A stretch of DNA of 64,000 nt from Stylophora pistillata (lineage: Eukaryota), in the NCBI RefSeq assembly GCF_002571385.2, contig NW_019218142.1:30458-94457 (forward strand). Reading direction: 5' to 3'. Shown one piece after another: positions 62,699 to 64,000 of the stretch. Made by a program: the position numbers and the translations under genes. Numbering within the stretch: the stretch's first letter is position 1; every line of letters begins with the position of its first letter. A model generated the notes under the pieces. The model ran no database searches, was not told the origin of the DNA, and worked only from the letters and a program-made list of their open reading frames with translations.

Positions 62699-64000
62699 CT
62701 AAGTGGTCAAAAAATAATGGTTCATATTTGTAACGTTGCTAGGAAACGAGGCTAGTCTCGCCCCAGGGCTTGGGAGAAGAAGAGCGGCAAAATCGGGTGG
62801 GCCATGTTGTTGTGTTGTTATAGTGTCGCCGCCGCTAATTGTATTAAAGGAGGTTTATTAAACGTTATATATTTAAGTGCTTTATATGAAGGGAGACTAG
62901 CTGGTTAATTGTTTCCATGTGTCAGAATCTCCGGCAGAAATAAGATTTCCGGAGATACCCTGGGAATCAGTAGCAGGAATAAAATTCTAACGGATTTTTT
63001 ACGTTGCATCAACATATCCTTGAGAAATATATGGGGACAAATGAAGATGAAACTGAGTTTAAACACACATCCAAAAATTAATGAGTCGAAGAAGCGCCAG
63101 CAGACCAAGAACAATACAAATTCCAGAACTCGTCAAAGATCCACGTACAAAATGCGAACTACAGAAACTAAGGGAAAAGCACGGAGTCCGAGCAAAAATA
63201 TGCCGAGGATCATCGATTCAACTTGTTGTTTTGAAATCCTAAAATGGTCTTAAATCTGCATGTGATTTAATTTGGAAAAATCAAGTGTTCTCACGTTGAA
63301 GAGGAATCAAAAAAACTTTTGTTTTTAACTTAAATGTCAATACAGATGATGTCACAACTATCTGATTCGCGATCGAGCAAATTCGAAGAATGGTTGAATT
63401 TTGAACCATAGCTATGTTTGAACAATGCATTTACGAAACGAAGGTGCATGAACGAACGAAACCACAATTGTTACAAATTCTGCATCAGCCTGCTCACCGT
63501 CCAGCAACACTTTTACCATACACTAACCTATCGAGACCAAGGAAAACGACAAATCTTTCGCAGTTGCTATGTAGGCTAGTAAATGTCATTCTTCAAAAAA
63601 CACGTTCTCTTCGACTTATTACAACGTAAGAACTTACGATTTGAGTGCCCCAATGATGTTCCATTTCCCTAGTCCTAAATTTTCCTACATTGTCATAAAC
63701 TGGAACATTACTGAGTTTTAAAACTGATGCGATAAATGGAAACTATATAAATATATTTCTTTTTTTCTAAGCGCTTATTCTTGATTAACATTAACAAATA
63801 GCTGGATACTTACTATACGCCATAACGTCCTGAAGCTATTGAGTGTACGTCGAGGTAGTCAGTGGATGCTTCTGCACAACTTGTACCTACGATTCAGGTA
63901 TTTATTGAAGCAACTGAACCGAAGAGGAATTTCCCTCTCCTCCTCTTGATTGACATTTAGTCACTTCCTGTCACTTAATATGCATGAAAACATTTCCCGG

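Noticed and set aside
62755-63253. ATG in good context near 62805 and ORFs at 62905-63253 as the first exon of the Gly/His-rich gene
   Set aside because: The ATG frame stops after 17 codons with no donor site, and the other ORFs lack supporting features.

Overview
Animal nuclear DNA, most likely a scleractinian coral (inferred from GT-AG intron structure, gene content and repeat types). The scaffold has several N gaps. The left ~37 kb is a fast-evolving receptor cluster. It holds the last exon of a cyclic-nucleotide-gated channel, six paralogous intronless class A GPCRs (3 intact, 3 disrupted), and two HEPN-RNase/TPR genes. One is HEPN-STAND(NB-ARC-like)-TPR with a C-terminal CaaX box and a single in-frame TAG at codon 40. 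The other is a three-exon HEPN-TRADD-N-like-TPR gene with a single 1-nt frameshift. The middle is housekeeping: multi-exon ABCE1 head-to-head with an mTERF-family gene, then RPL21. The right end holds a LINE remnant and an unknown minus-strand gene with a Gly/His-rich exon open in two frames and a duplicated, hypervariable last exon. Repeats include a 245-bp tandem/inverted array built around a tRNA-Thr-like module and flanked by a 15-bp direct repeat, Penelope-type minimal hammerhead ribozyme motifs, and Harbinger, pogo, hAT-like and Crypton-like elements. The best candidate for an undescribed system is the NLR-like HEPN-effector/TPR-sensor pair. All family assignments come from motif recognition by eye; no database searches were run.
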